A stretch of DNA of 64,000 bases from an uncultured Gemmatimonadaceae bacterium (GCA_964449145.1 CAYUYF010000016.1:3104-67103); one strand, 5' to 3'; numbered from the stretch's first letter, positions 8,359 through 16,931 are shown. A program made the numbers and translations. The notes: generated by a model not told the origin, from the letters alone.

Positions 8359-10404
8359 ATGTTCTGTTCCCGCTGCGGAACCGAGGTACAGCAGGCCTCC
8401 CAGTTCTGCCCCACCTGCGGGCTCGATCTCCGCGCCAGCGCCCCCGTTCCGGCCATCGGCGCCGCCGATGTCTCCGAGTTGGACCTCGTCCGCGAGGCCA
8501 TGGCGGCCGAGTACGAGCTGGTTGAGGAGCTCGGCCGCGGCGGCATGGCGGTGGTCTACCGGGCCCGGGAGACCCACCTGGAGCGGGAAGTCGCGGTCAA
8601 GGTCCTGCCGTTCTCGCTGGCCTTCGACGCCGACTTCGTTGAGCGCTTTACCCGCGAAGCCCGCACTGCCGCCCAGTTGGAACACCCCAACATCATCCCC
8701 ATCTATCGGGTCGGCAAATCGGGGCGGGTGATCTACTTCGTGATGAAGTACCTGCGGGGAGGCTCGCTGTCGCGGGTCATGCACGAGCGGAAACGGCTGG
8801 ACCCGCCGGAGATCCGCAAGCTGCTGCTGGATGTGGGAAGCGCGCTGGGCTATGCCCACAAGCGCGGCATCGTGCATCGGGACGTCAAGCCCGACAACGT
8901 CATGTTCGATGAACATGGCCTGTGCATCGTCACCGACTTCGGCATCGCCAAGGCGGGCACCAAGTCGCGGCTGACCGGCACCGGCATGGCCATCGGGACG
9001 CCGCACTACATGTCGCCAGAGCAGGCCCGGGCCCAGAACATCGACGGCCGCAGCGACCTCTACAGCCTGGGCATCGTGGCATACCAGGCGCTGGTCGGCG
9101 AGTTGCCCTACGACGGGGAGGACAGCTTCGCCATCGGCTACAAGCACATCATGGAACCGATTCCGGTCCCGCTGCTGGATACTCCCGATGAGCGGCGGCT
9201 GTTCGAGGTCATCAAGCGGCTGATGATGAAGGACCCCTTCGACCGCTTCCAGGCGGCGGAAGACCTGGTCGCCGCCCTCTCCGGTCAGCCCCAGGCGGCG
9301 ATGTTCGCCAGTCAGGTGCCCTCCAGCAGCGGACGGCGGCTCTCCCAGGCGCAGGCGGCCATGGCGGTGCAGTCCACCACACCGCTCCCCGCGGTGCAGA
9401 CGCCGCGCTCGCCGCTGCCGCCGACCCCGGCGTTCTCCTCCCCTCGACCGAGCCAGGCGCTGGAGGTGGATACCCCCAGGCGGCCGGTGATGCGCCGCTC
9501 CGTGGCGGCGGCCACGCCAGCGCGTTCGGGGGGCTGGGTCCAGTGGTTCATGGCCCTGGTGGTCCTCGGGGGTTTCGTGGCTGGGGGGTGGTACCTCTAC
9601 AAGGAAGGCCTGCTGGGCGGGCACCCGCCGGTCGAGGAGGTGCCGGCCCCGCAGGACAACGGTCCAGCCGCGGTGGGTGGAGAAGGCGGGGTCGGCCAGC
9701 CGGCGCCCACGGCCGACGTTCCTGCGGACGACTTCGGCCTCACGCCCCAAAACCAGCCGGTGAGCGCACCGACGCTGAGCGGTGGAGCGGCACTCAGCTC
9801 GCCGGCCGCCCCCGTGGCCCGGGATAGCGGGATTCTCCTGCTCCGGGGACTCCCGGCCGGGTCGCAGGTCATGATCGACGGCGCCCAGCTCGCCCAGACC
9901 AGCCCCCGGATCCCGCTGCCAGCCGGCGGCCATGAGGTGGGAGTTCTGGCGCGCGGCTTCCCCTTCTTCACGGACAGCGTGGTCATTGTGGCGGGGCAGA
10001 CCCTGACCTACACCCCGAATCTCGGCACGCCCCCCAGGGCGCTCGTCGCCTCCGATTCCGCCGTGCAGGCCTGGCGCCGGACCCTGGCCGCCCTGGATTG
10101 CGACAATCCGAAGCTGAGCAACCGGTTCGGTGCCAGCTGCTACGACCAGCGGCCGCTGCTGCAGTCCAGCAGGGTCCCGATCCCGCCGGGGGTAAACGGA
10201 GTTCCGCCGGCGGTTCGGCTGATCGTCAAGGTCTCCAGCCAAGGCAAGACCCTCGCCATCAAGACGCCGCCGGCCGCGGGCGATCCGGTCTTCATCCGCG
10301 CGGTGGAGGCGTTCGCCCTCACCGTCCGCTGGACTCCGGCCCAGCGGGCCGGTGAGCCGGTGGATGGCTGGACCCAGGTGGTCTTCCAGCCCGACGTGCC
10401 GTGA
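8359..10404 (+). CDS. Ser/Thr protein kinase: Zn-ribbon, kinase, TM, PEGA-like and TonB-C-like domains
   Basis: MFCSRC..CPTC; LGRGGMAVVY, AVK, HRDVKPDN, DFG, GTPHYMSPE; TM WFMALVVLGGFVAGGWYL; GILLLRGLPAGSQVMIDG (PEGA-like); C-terminal VRLIVKVSSQG...AVEAFALTVRWTPAQRAGEPVDGWTQVVF (TonB-C-like). Confidence 0.9.
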   Translation: MFCSRCGTEVQQASQFCPTCGLDLRASAPVPAIGAADVSELDLVREAMAAEYELVEELGRGGMAVVYRARETHLEREVAVKVLPFSLAFDADFVERFTREARTAAQLEHPNIIPIYRVGKSGRVIYFVMKYLRGGSLSRVMHERKRLDPPEIRKLLLDVGSALGYAHKRGIVHRDVKPDNVMFDEHGLCIVTDFGIAKAGTKSRLTGTGMAIGTPHYMSPEQARAQNIDGRSDLYSLGIVAYQALVGELPYDGEDSFAIGYKHIMEPIPVPLLDTPDERRLFEVIKRLMMKDPFDRFQAAEDLVAALSGQPQAAMFASQVPSSSGRRLSQAQAAMAVQSTTPLPAVQTPRSPLPPTPAFSSPRPSQALEVDTPRRPVMRRSVAAATPARSGGWVQWFMALVVLGGFVAGGWYLYKEGLLGGHPPVEEVPAPQDNGPAAVGGEGGVGQPAPTADVPADDFGLTPQNQPVSAPTLSGGAALSSPAAPVARDSGILLLRGLPAGSQVMIDGAQLAQTSPRIPLPAGGHEVGVLARGFPFFTDSVVIVAGQTLTYTPNLGTPPRALVASDSAVQAWRRTLAALDCDNPKLSNRFGASCYDQRPLLQSSRVPIPPGVNGVPPAVRLIVKVSSQGKTLAIKTPPAAGDPVFIRAVEAFALTVRWTPAQRAGEPVDGWTQVVFQPDVP

Positions 10405-10910
10405 CCCAGCCGCAGATCCACCCCACGGCCTTCATTGCCCCCGGCGCCATGGTCATGGGCGATGTTCACCTGGCAGAAGAATCGAGCGTCTGGTACACCG
10501 CGGTCCTCCGGGGCGACATGGCCCCGATCCGGATCGGCAGCCAGACCTGCCTCCAGGACGGGACCATCGTCCACGTGGATCATGAGATCCCCTGCCTCAT
10601 CGGCAATCGGGTGGGGGTCGGGCACCGGGCCATCCTTCACGGGTGCACGGTGGAGGATGACTGCCTCATCGGCATGGGGGCGATCCTGCTCAACCGGGTC
10701 CACGTGGGGCGGGGCAGCGTCATCGCGGCCGGAGCGCTGCTGACCGAAGGTCTGCGGATCCCACCCCGGTCGCTGGTCATGGGCATGCCCGGCAAGGTCG
10801 TCCGGGAAGTCAGCGACGCACTCGCCCGTCGGATCGAGCATACCTGGCGGCACTACATCGAGCAGGCTCGGGCCCATCGGTCGGGGCAGTTTCCGGCGGT
10901 GGGTGGTTAG
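10401..10910 (+). CDS. Gamma carbonic anhydrase family protein (YrdA/PaaY-like)
   Basis: Hexapeptide repeats; three metal His (IVH, VGH, ILHG); GTGA overlap with the kinase stop. Confidence 0.92.
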   Translation: MTQPQIHPTAFIAPGAMVMGDVHLAEESSVWYTAVLRGDMAPIRIGSQTCLQDGTIVHVDHEIPCLIGNRVGVGHRAILHGCTVEDDCLIGMGAILLNRVHVGRGSVIAAGALLTEGLRIPPRSLVMGMPGKVVREVSDALARRIEHTWRHYIEQARAHRSGQFPAVGG

Positions 10911-11004
10911 ATGGCTGAGCGGTTGGACGACGGGACGGTTGGAGACCGAGAATCTGGCCGGAGCCGGAGCGCACCGCCACGTTTGTGATGTGAAAACAGG
11001 TTTC

Positions 11005-11020
11005 CCACGAAAATTCGTGG
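11005..11020. promoter_or_regulatory. 16-bp dyad upstream of nrdJ (candidate operator)
   Basis: CCACGAA-AA-TTCGTGG, perfect 7-bp arms. Confidence 0.35.
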
Positions 11021-11150
11021 ATTCCGAGGCTCTTGGCGGCGAGCGCATTCGTTCCTAGCTTTGACACCGGTTTCTCCTCCTGTTGACCTCGCGTTACCAC
11101 ATTATAGTTCTGGTGTTACACACTCCTCGCCTCGGCATCAGGGACGGGTC

Positions 11151-13682
11151 ATGACGACTTCCGGCAATTCCCACACGCTCGATCTTTCGGCCAACGCCAT
11201 CACGGTCCTGGAAAAGCGTTACCTCATCAAAGACGACCAGGGCAAGCCGACCGAGTCGGCGGTGGACCTCTTCTGGCGGGTGGCGCGGACCATCGCCGAG
11301 CCGGACCGGAAGTACGGGGCGTCGGCGGGGGCCACCGAGGCGCTGGCAGAGGCCTTCTTCGGGCTCATGGGACACCGGATGTTCATGCCCAACAGCCCCA
11401 CTCTAATGAATGCCGGCCGGCCCCTCGGCCAGCTGTCGGCCTGCTTCGTCCTGCCGGTGGAGGACACCCTCTCCAATGGCCGGGATGGGATCTACGACAC
11501 CCTGCGGGCGATGGCGCTGGTGCACCAGTCGGGCGGCGGCACCGGGTTCGGCTTCTCCCGGCTGCGGCCCCAGAACGACATCGTCCGGTCCACTATGGGG
11601 GTGGCCAGCGGCCCGGTCTCGTTCATGAGCCTCTATGACGCCTCCACCGATGTCGTCAAGCAGGGCGGCACCCGCCGGGGGGCCAACATGGGCATCCTCC
11701 GGGTGGACCATCCGGACATCATGGAGTTTGTCACCTGCAAGGACGACACGACCAAGATCACCAACTTCAACATCTCGGTGGCGGTCACCGACGCATTCAT
11801 GGCGGCGGTGGACGCCGACAGCGCATACGATCTCATCCACCCCAAGACCAAGCAGGTCGTCGGGCAGCTCCAGGCCCGGCAGGTATGGAACCGGATCATC
11901 CACGGCGCCTGGAAGACCGGTGAGCCGGGGATCTTCTTCATCGACCGCGCCAATCACTACAATCCGGTGCCGCACCTGGGGGCCTACGAGGCCACCAACC
12001 CCTGTGGCGAGCAGCCGCTCCTGCCCTACGACGTCTGCAACCTCGGCTCGGTGAACGTCGGGTACTTCGTGAAGGACGGCCAGGTCGACTGGGACCAGAT
12101 GCGCCAGGTCATCCACCTCTCGACCCACTTCCTCGAGAACGTCATTGACGCCAACAACTACCCGCTCCCGGAGATCGACCACCTCTCCAAGCGGATCCGG
12201 CGCATCGGCCTCGGCGTGATGGGCCTGGCCGATCTCCTCATCAAGCTGGGGATCGCCTACGACAGCGAAGCGGGCGTCGAGATGGGCCGGAAGATCATGG
12301 CCTTCGTGGACGAGGAGTCCAAGGTGGAGTCGGAGCGGCTGGCGACGCAGCGCGGCGTTTTCACCGAGTGGGAGCAGAGCATCTGGGGTCCGGACGCCAC
12401 CTGCGCCCGCGATCCCCAGGGCAACCGGATCCGGCCCATGCGCCGGCTCCGCAACTGCAACGTCACCACCGTCGCGCCCACCGGCACCATTTCGATCATC
12501 GCCGGCTGCAGCTCGGGGATCGAGCCGCTCTTCGCCGTCGCCTTCATGCGCAACCAGGCCGGCGTGCTCATGCCGGACGTGAACGAGGACTTCGTGGCGA
12601 TCGCCCAGCGGGAGGGGTGGTATTCCGAGGCCCTCATGACGCAGATCGCCGAGTCCGGCAACATCCATTTCCCCGAGGTGCCGGAGAAGTGGCAGCGGGT
12701 CTTCGCCACCGCCAACGAGATCAAGCCGGAGTGGCACATCCGGATGCAGGCGGCGTTCCAGGCGCATAACGACAGCGCCATCTCCAAGACCTGCAATTTC
12801 GCCAACGACGCCACCGAGGAGTACGTCGAGGAGATCTACCGCCTCGCCTTCTCGCTCAACTGCAAGGGCGTCACCGTCTACCGCGACGGCAGCCGGGACA
12901 TGCAGGTGCTCTCCACCGGCTCCACCGCCCGGAAGGTGGCGGAGCAGGCCACCAGCAGCGGCAAGGCGGAGGCCCGCTCGGACCTGGTCATGCAGCCCGC
13001 CGGCGCCCCCGCGCGGGCCGACGCGGCGGATCTCTACGGGGAGATCGCGGAGGTCCGGGCCGAGAACGAGCGGCTCCGGAAGCTGGTGCTCGACCTCGAG
13101 GCGGAGAACCTGCAGCGCCGCCAGAAGCGCTCCCGGCCGGACATGCTCCGCGGCACCACCCGGCGCATCGAGACCCCCCTGGGGACGCTCTACGTCACCA
13201 TCACCGAGGACGACCGGGCCCAGCCGTTCGAGGTCTTCATGAGCCTCGGCAAGGCCGGCGGGGCCATCATGGCCGACGTCGAGGCGATGGGCCGGCTGAT
13301 CAGCCTGGCACTCCGCTCCGGCATTCCGCTCAAGGAGATCCACCGCCAGATCCGGGGCATCAGCTCCGATCGCGCCATCGGGCTCGGGCCCAACAAGGTG
13401 CTCTCGGTGCCGGATGCCGTCGGCATCGCGATTGAGCGGTGGATGCAGGAGAAGCAGGGGATCCAGCAGGAACTCCTCTCCAGCCACACCCCCGCGATGG
13501 GCACCCCGATTCCCACCGTGGCCCAGGTGCAACAGATCATGACCCAGGGCGGCGAGCAGTTCCAGCTGGTCAAGGAGCAGCAGCCGGTCCTCACCGGCGC
13601 CTGCCCGGACTGCGGGTCGCAGCTCGAGTTCGCCGAAGGATGCAACAAGTGCCACGTCTGCGGCTTCTCGGAATGCGGGTGA
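11151..13682 (+). CDS. nrdJ: Class II (adenosylcobalamin-dependent) ribonucleotide reductase with C-terminal TSCPD-like and Zn-ribbon domains
   Basis: PNSPTLMNAG, LSACFV, GGGTG, TNPCGEQ, CNLGS, APTGTIS, KGVTVYRDGSR; C-terminal CPDC...GCNKCHVCGFSEC; no ATP-cone; start placed at ATG 11151. Confidence 0.95.
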   Translation: MTTSGNSHTLDLSANAITVLEKRYLIKDDQGKPTESAVDLFWRVARTIAEPDRKYGASAGATEALAEAFFGLMGHRMFMPNSPTLMNAGRPLGQLSACFVLPVEDTLSNGRDGIYDTLRAMALVHQSGGGTGFGFSRLRPQNDIVRSTMGVASGPVSFMSLYDASTDVVKQGGTRRGANMGILRVDHPDIMEFVTCKDDTTKITNFNISVAVTDAFMAAVDADSAYDLIHPKTKQVVGQLQARQVWNRIIHGAWKTGEPGIFFIDRANHYNPVPHLGAYEATNPCGEQPLLPYDVCNLGSVNVGYFVKDGQVDWDQMRQVIHLSTHFLENVIDANNYPLPEIDHLSKRIRRIGLGVMGLADLLIKLGIAYDSEAGVEMGRKIMAFVDEESKVESERLATQRGVFTEWEQSIWGPDATCARDPQGNRIRPMRRLRNCNVTTVAPTGTISIIAGCSSGIEPLFAVAFMRNQAGVLMPDVNEDFVAIAQREGWYSEALMTQIAESGNIHFPEVPEKWQRVFATANEIKPEWHIRMQAAFQAHNDSAISKTCNFANDATEEYVEEIYRLAFSLNCKGVTVYRDGSRDMQVLSTGSTARKVAEQATSSGKAEARSDLVMQPAGAPARADAADLYGEIAEVRAENERLRKLVLDLEAENLQRRQKRSRPDMLRGTTRRIETPLGTLYVTITEDDRAQPFEVFMSLGKAGGAIMADVEAMGRLISLALRSGIPLKEIHRQIRGISSDRAIGLGPNKVLSVPDAVGIAIERWMQEKQGIQQELLSSHTPAMGTPIPTVAQVQQIMTQGGEQFQLVKEQQPVLTGACPDCGSQLEFAEGCNKCHVCGFSECG

Positions 13683-13728
13683 CGCAGTAGCCGGGCGCGC
13701 CGCGCCCGGCCGACTTCACCCGCACGCA

Positions 13729-13763
13729 ACCCCGGGGCCGGACCTGACATCCGGCCTCGGGGT
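13729..13763 (+). terminator. Intrinsic terminator-like hairpin after nrdJ
   Basis: ACCCCGGGGCCGGA-cctgaca-TCCGGCCTCGGGGT followed by CTTGTTGTG; a second GC hairpin at 13690-13710. Confidence 0.6.
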
Positions 13764-13836
13764 CTTGTTGTGCACCCCGCGCTGGCCCGGGGTTCCGGCC
13801 GATGCCGGGATCGCAGGGACCCCGAGCCGCCTCCCC

Positions 13837-13877
13837 TTGCACTTCTACAAGAGCGACGATATCCTCTCCTGTAGAAG
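13837..13877 (+). promoter_or_regulatory. sigma70 promoter of padR, overlapped by a 12-bp inverted repeat (candidate PadR operator)
   Basis: TTGCAC(13837-42)-N17-TATCCT(13860-65); arms CTTCTACAAGAG(13842-53) and CTCCTGTAGAAG(13866-77), one mismatch. Confidence 0.65.
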
Positions 13878-13892
13878 CCAAAGGGGAGATCC

Positions 13893-14225
13893 ATGCCCGA
13901 AGACCGTCTCGAGCTGCCTCAGGGCACGCTCGACCTCCTGATCCTGAAGGCCCTTTCTCTGGGTCCCCAGCACGGCTGGGCGATCTCGGAACGGCTGCAC
14001 CAGGTCTCGCAGGCCAGTCTGCAGGTCCCCCAGGGGTCACTCTACCCCGCGCTCCACCGGCTGGAGCGGCGCGGCTGGATCAGCGCCGAATGGAACACCT
14101 CCGACAACAATCGCCGGGCCAAGTACTACCAGCTCACCCGCGACGGCCGCCGCCAGCTCAAGGCGGAAGCGGAGGAATGGCGCCGGCTCACCGTGGCCGT
14201 GGACCTCGTGCTGGGGATGAGCTGA
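13893..14225 (+). CDS. PadR-family transcriptional regulator (acidobacterial type)
   Basis: QGTLDLLILKAL..HGWAI..QGSLYPALHRLE..NNRRAKYYQLT; GGGGAG RBS. Confidence 0.93.
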   Translation: MPEDRLELPQGTLDLLILKALSLGPQHGWAISERLHQVSQASLQVPQGSLYPALHRLERRGWISAEWNTSDNNRRAKYYQLTRDGRRQLKAEAEEWRRLTVAVDLVLGMS

Positions 14226-14228
14226 GCT

Positions 14229-16931
14229 ATGTGGACGCGACTCTGGGCTGACCTTCGCTACCGTGGCCGCGCACTCATCTTCCGGTCCGCGGTGGAACAG
14301 GAACTGGACGAGGAACTCCGCTATCATCTGGAGAAGGCGGCGGAGCACCACCGGGCTCAGGGCCTGCCGGCTGAGGAGGCGATGCGGCGGGCCCGGGTGG
14401 AGTTCGGCGGGGCGGAGGTCGTGAAGGATGCGAGCCGGGACGGGCGCGGACTGGCCTGGCTGGAGCAGGGGGGGCAGGACCTGCGCTACGGCCTTCGGGC
14501 TCTGCGCCGAAGCCCAGGGTTCGCCGCCGCCGTGATTGTGACACTCGGCCTCGGGATCGGCATCAATGCTGCGATGTTCGGGATCGTGGACCGGTTGCTG
14601 TTTCGTACTCCGCCATTTCTCCGGCAGCCGGGGCAGGTGCACCGGGTCTACCTCCAGTCGACGGATAGGGGCGAGCTGGAGACCGGCACGACCATTCAGT
14701 ACACCCGTTACCTGGACTTGCGGCAGTGGGCGACTGCCTTCTCCGATTTCGCGGGCTATAGCGTCAGGCAACTGCCGGTGGGGGTCGGCACGGGCGCGCG
14801 GGAGCGGCCCGTGGGCACGGTGTCGGCTACCCTCTTCGATTTCTTCGACGCCGCCCCGGTGCTGGGCCGATTCTTCACCGCGCAGGAGGACACCGTGCCG
14901 GTGGGGGCACCGGTGGCGGTGCTGAGCTACGGCTTCTGGCGGACCCAGTACGGGGGCCGGGAGGAGGTCCTGGGTCAGACGCTCAGGATCGGCACGGCGG
15001 ATTACACCATCATCGGGGTTGCGCCGCGCGAGTTCGAGGGGATCGCGGACGAGGCTCCGCCGGTGCTCTTCGTGCCCATCACCACCTACGCTGGGAATTT
15101 CCGGGCGGGTCCGGCCCAGGCCCGCTACTACACCCGCTACAACTGGAGCTGGATGGAAGTCCTGGTACGCCGCAAGCCCGGGGTGAGCCTGGAGGAGGCG
15201 CATGCGAGCCTGAGCCAGGCGCACCGCCAAAGCTGGGACAAGGAACGGAGCCTGAGCCCGGGGACACCCTCCGAGGTGGCCCGGCCGGGGGCGATCGCCG
15301 GGCCGGTTCAGGGCGAGCGCGGCCCAGGGCAGAGCACGGTGACCAAGGTGGCCGGGTGGGTCAGCGGAGTGGCTGTCATCGTCCTGCTGATCGCCTGCGC
15401 CAACGTGGCCAACCTGATGCTGGCCCGTGCGGTGCGGCGCCGCCGGGAGATTGCACTCCGCCTGGCGCTGGGGGTGAGCCGGGGGCGCCTCTTCCGCCAG
15501 CTGCTGACGGAGAGCCTGCTGCTGGCGGTCTTCGGCGGGCTCGTGGGTCTGCTGCTGGCCGACTGGGCAGGGGCGGTCCTTCGTAGCGCATTCCTCCCGG
15601 ACATTCCGGTCGCAGGGGCGCTGGCCTCTCCGCGAACGATCGGGGTGGCCGTCCTCCTGGCCGGCCTGGCGGGGGGCCTGACCGGGTTGGCGCCGCTCCT
15701 CTACGCCGGGCGCACCGACCTGGTGGATTCGCTCAAATCCGGCAGCCGGGACGGCGGCTACCGACGCTCCCGCGCCCGCACCACCCTGTTGCTGGTCCAG
15801 ATCGGCCTGTCGGTGGTACTGCTGGTCGGTGCAGGGCTGTTTGTCCGGAGCCTCGTCAACGTCAGGTCCCTCAGGCTGGGATACGACGTGGACCCGGTGC
15901 TGTACATCTACCCGGAGCAACGCGGTGCCCGGCTGAGCGATACCGAGGCGGTGGCTCTCAAGGGTCGGCTGCTGGAGGCGGCCCGAGTTCTGCCTGGCGT
16001 TGAGCAGGCTGCGCTGGGACTGACGGTGCCCTTCTGGGATACCTGGGCCCAGGATCTGTTCGTGTCCGGGATCGACTCGGTCAGCCGACTGGGTAACTTC
16101 ACGCTGCAGGCCGGGTCGCCGGAGTTCTTCGCGACGATCGGGACCCGGATTCTGCGCGGGCGGGGCATCGAGGCGGAGGACATCGAGCACACCCCGCTGG
16201 TCGTCGTGGTGAGCCAGTCCATGGCCACCACGCTCTGGCCGGGCCAGGAGGCCCTGGGGCAATGCCTGCGGATTGATGCCGACTCGGCGCCGTGTACGAG
16301 GGTCGTCGGAATTGCGGAGGACATCAGGCAGAACAGCATCACCGATGATCCGGGCCGCAACTACTACCTCCCGATCGCCCAGTTTCATCCGGGCGACGCC
16401 GTGCTGTTCGTGCGGGCCCGTGGAGCGGCGGAGGATCTCAGGGAATCGGTGCGCCGCTCGCTGCAGCCACTCATGCCGGGGGACGGCTACGTCAACGTGA
16501 CCACGATGCGCGACATTGTCGGGCCGCGTTTCCGCTCGTGGGAGCTGGGCGCCACCATGTTCGTGGCCTTCGGCAGCCTCGCCCTGGTACTGGCCGCCAT
16601 CGGACTCTATGGGATCATTGCCTATGACGTGGTGCGCCGCACCCACGAGATCGGGATCCGCATCGCGCTGGGCGCCCGGGTGGGCACGGTGGTGCGGCTG
16701 GTGCTCGGGGACGGGCTCCGGATAGCGCTGGTGGGCTCGCTGGCCGGCAGTGCGCTGGCGTTCGTCGCAGCCTCCTGGATTGCCCCCCTCCTCTACGATC
16801 AGTCACCCCGTGATCCGCTGGTCTTCGCGGTCGTGACCGGAACCCTGCTCGCGGTCGCGGGTGTCGCCAGCGCGATGCCCGCCCTCCGGGCGGCCCGCGT
16901 CAACCCCAATGTGGCCTTGAGAACCGAATAG
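14229..16931 (+). CDS. ADOP-type duplicated MacB/FtsX ABC transporter permease
   Basis: N-terminal ELDEELRYHLE..ARVEFGG, DLRYGLRALRRSPGF; two MacB/FtsX halves (LLIACANVANL..RRREIALRLALG; RTHEIGIRIALGA); ends ARVNPNVALRTE. Confidence 0.92.
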   Translation: MWTRLWADLRYRGRALIFRSAVEQELDEELRYHLEKAAEHHRAQGLPAEEAMRRARVEFGGAEVVKDASRDGRGLAWLEQGGQDLRYGLRALRRSPGFAAAVIVTLGLGIGINAAMFGIVDRLLFRTPPFLRQPGQVHRVYLQSTDRGELETGTTIQYTRYLDLRQWATAFSDFAGYSVRQLPVGVGTGARERPVGTVSATLFDFFDAAPVLGRFFTAQEDTVPVGAPVAVLSYGFWRTQYGGREEVLGQTLRIGTADYTIIGVAPREFEGIADEAPPVLFVPITTYAGNFRAGPAQARYYTRYNWSWMEVLVRRKPGVSLEEAHASLSQAHRQSWDKERSLSPGTPSEVARPGAIAGPVQGERGPGQSTVTKVAGWVSGVAVIVLLIACANVANLMLARAVRRRREIALRLALGVSRGRLFRQLLTESLLLAVFGGLVGLLLADWAGAVLRSAFLPDIPVAGALASPRTIGVAVLLAGLAGGLTGLAPLLYAGRTDLVDSLKSGSRDGGYRRSRARTTLLLVQIGLSVVLLVGAGLFVRSLVNVRSLRLGYDVDPVLYIYPEQRGARLSDTEAVALKGRLLEAARVLPGVEQAALGLTVPFWDTWAQDLFVSGIDSVSRLGNFTLQAGSPEFFATIGTRILRGRGIEAEDIEHTPLVVVVSQSMATTLWPGQEALGQCLRIDADSAPCTRVVGIAEDIRQNSITDDPGRNYYLPIAQFHPGDAVLFVRARGAAEDLRESVRRSLQPLMPGDGYVNVTTMRDIVGPRFRSWELGATMFVAFGSLALVLAAIGLYGIIAYDVVRRTHEIGIRIALGARVGTVVRLVLGDGLRIALVGSLAGSALAFVAASWIAPLLYDQSPRDPLVFAVVTGTLLAVAGVASAMPALRAARVNPNVALRTE

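Noticed and set aside
10981-10998. parS- or CRP-like site (GTTTGTGATGTGAAAAC)
   Set aside because: Poor match to both GTTTCACGTGAAAC and TGTGA-N6-TCACA.
10911-11150. Cobalamin riboswitch upstream of nrdJ
   Set aside because: No GGGAA / B12-box (GCCACTG) elements seen.
11151-13682. Intein or intron in nrdJ
   Set aside because: Catalytic motifs are contiguous, the length is normal, and there are no splice-junction (C..HN) or LAGLIDADG motifs.
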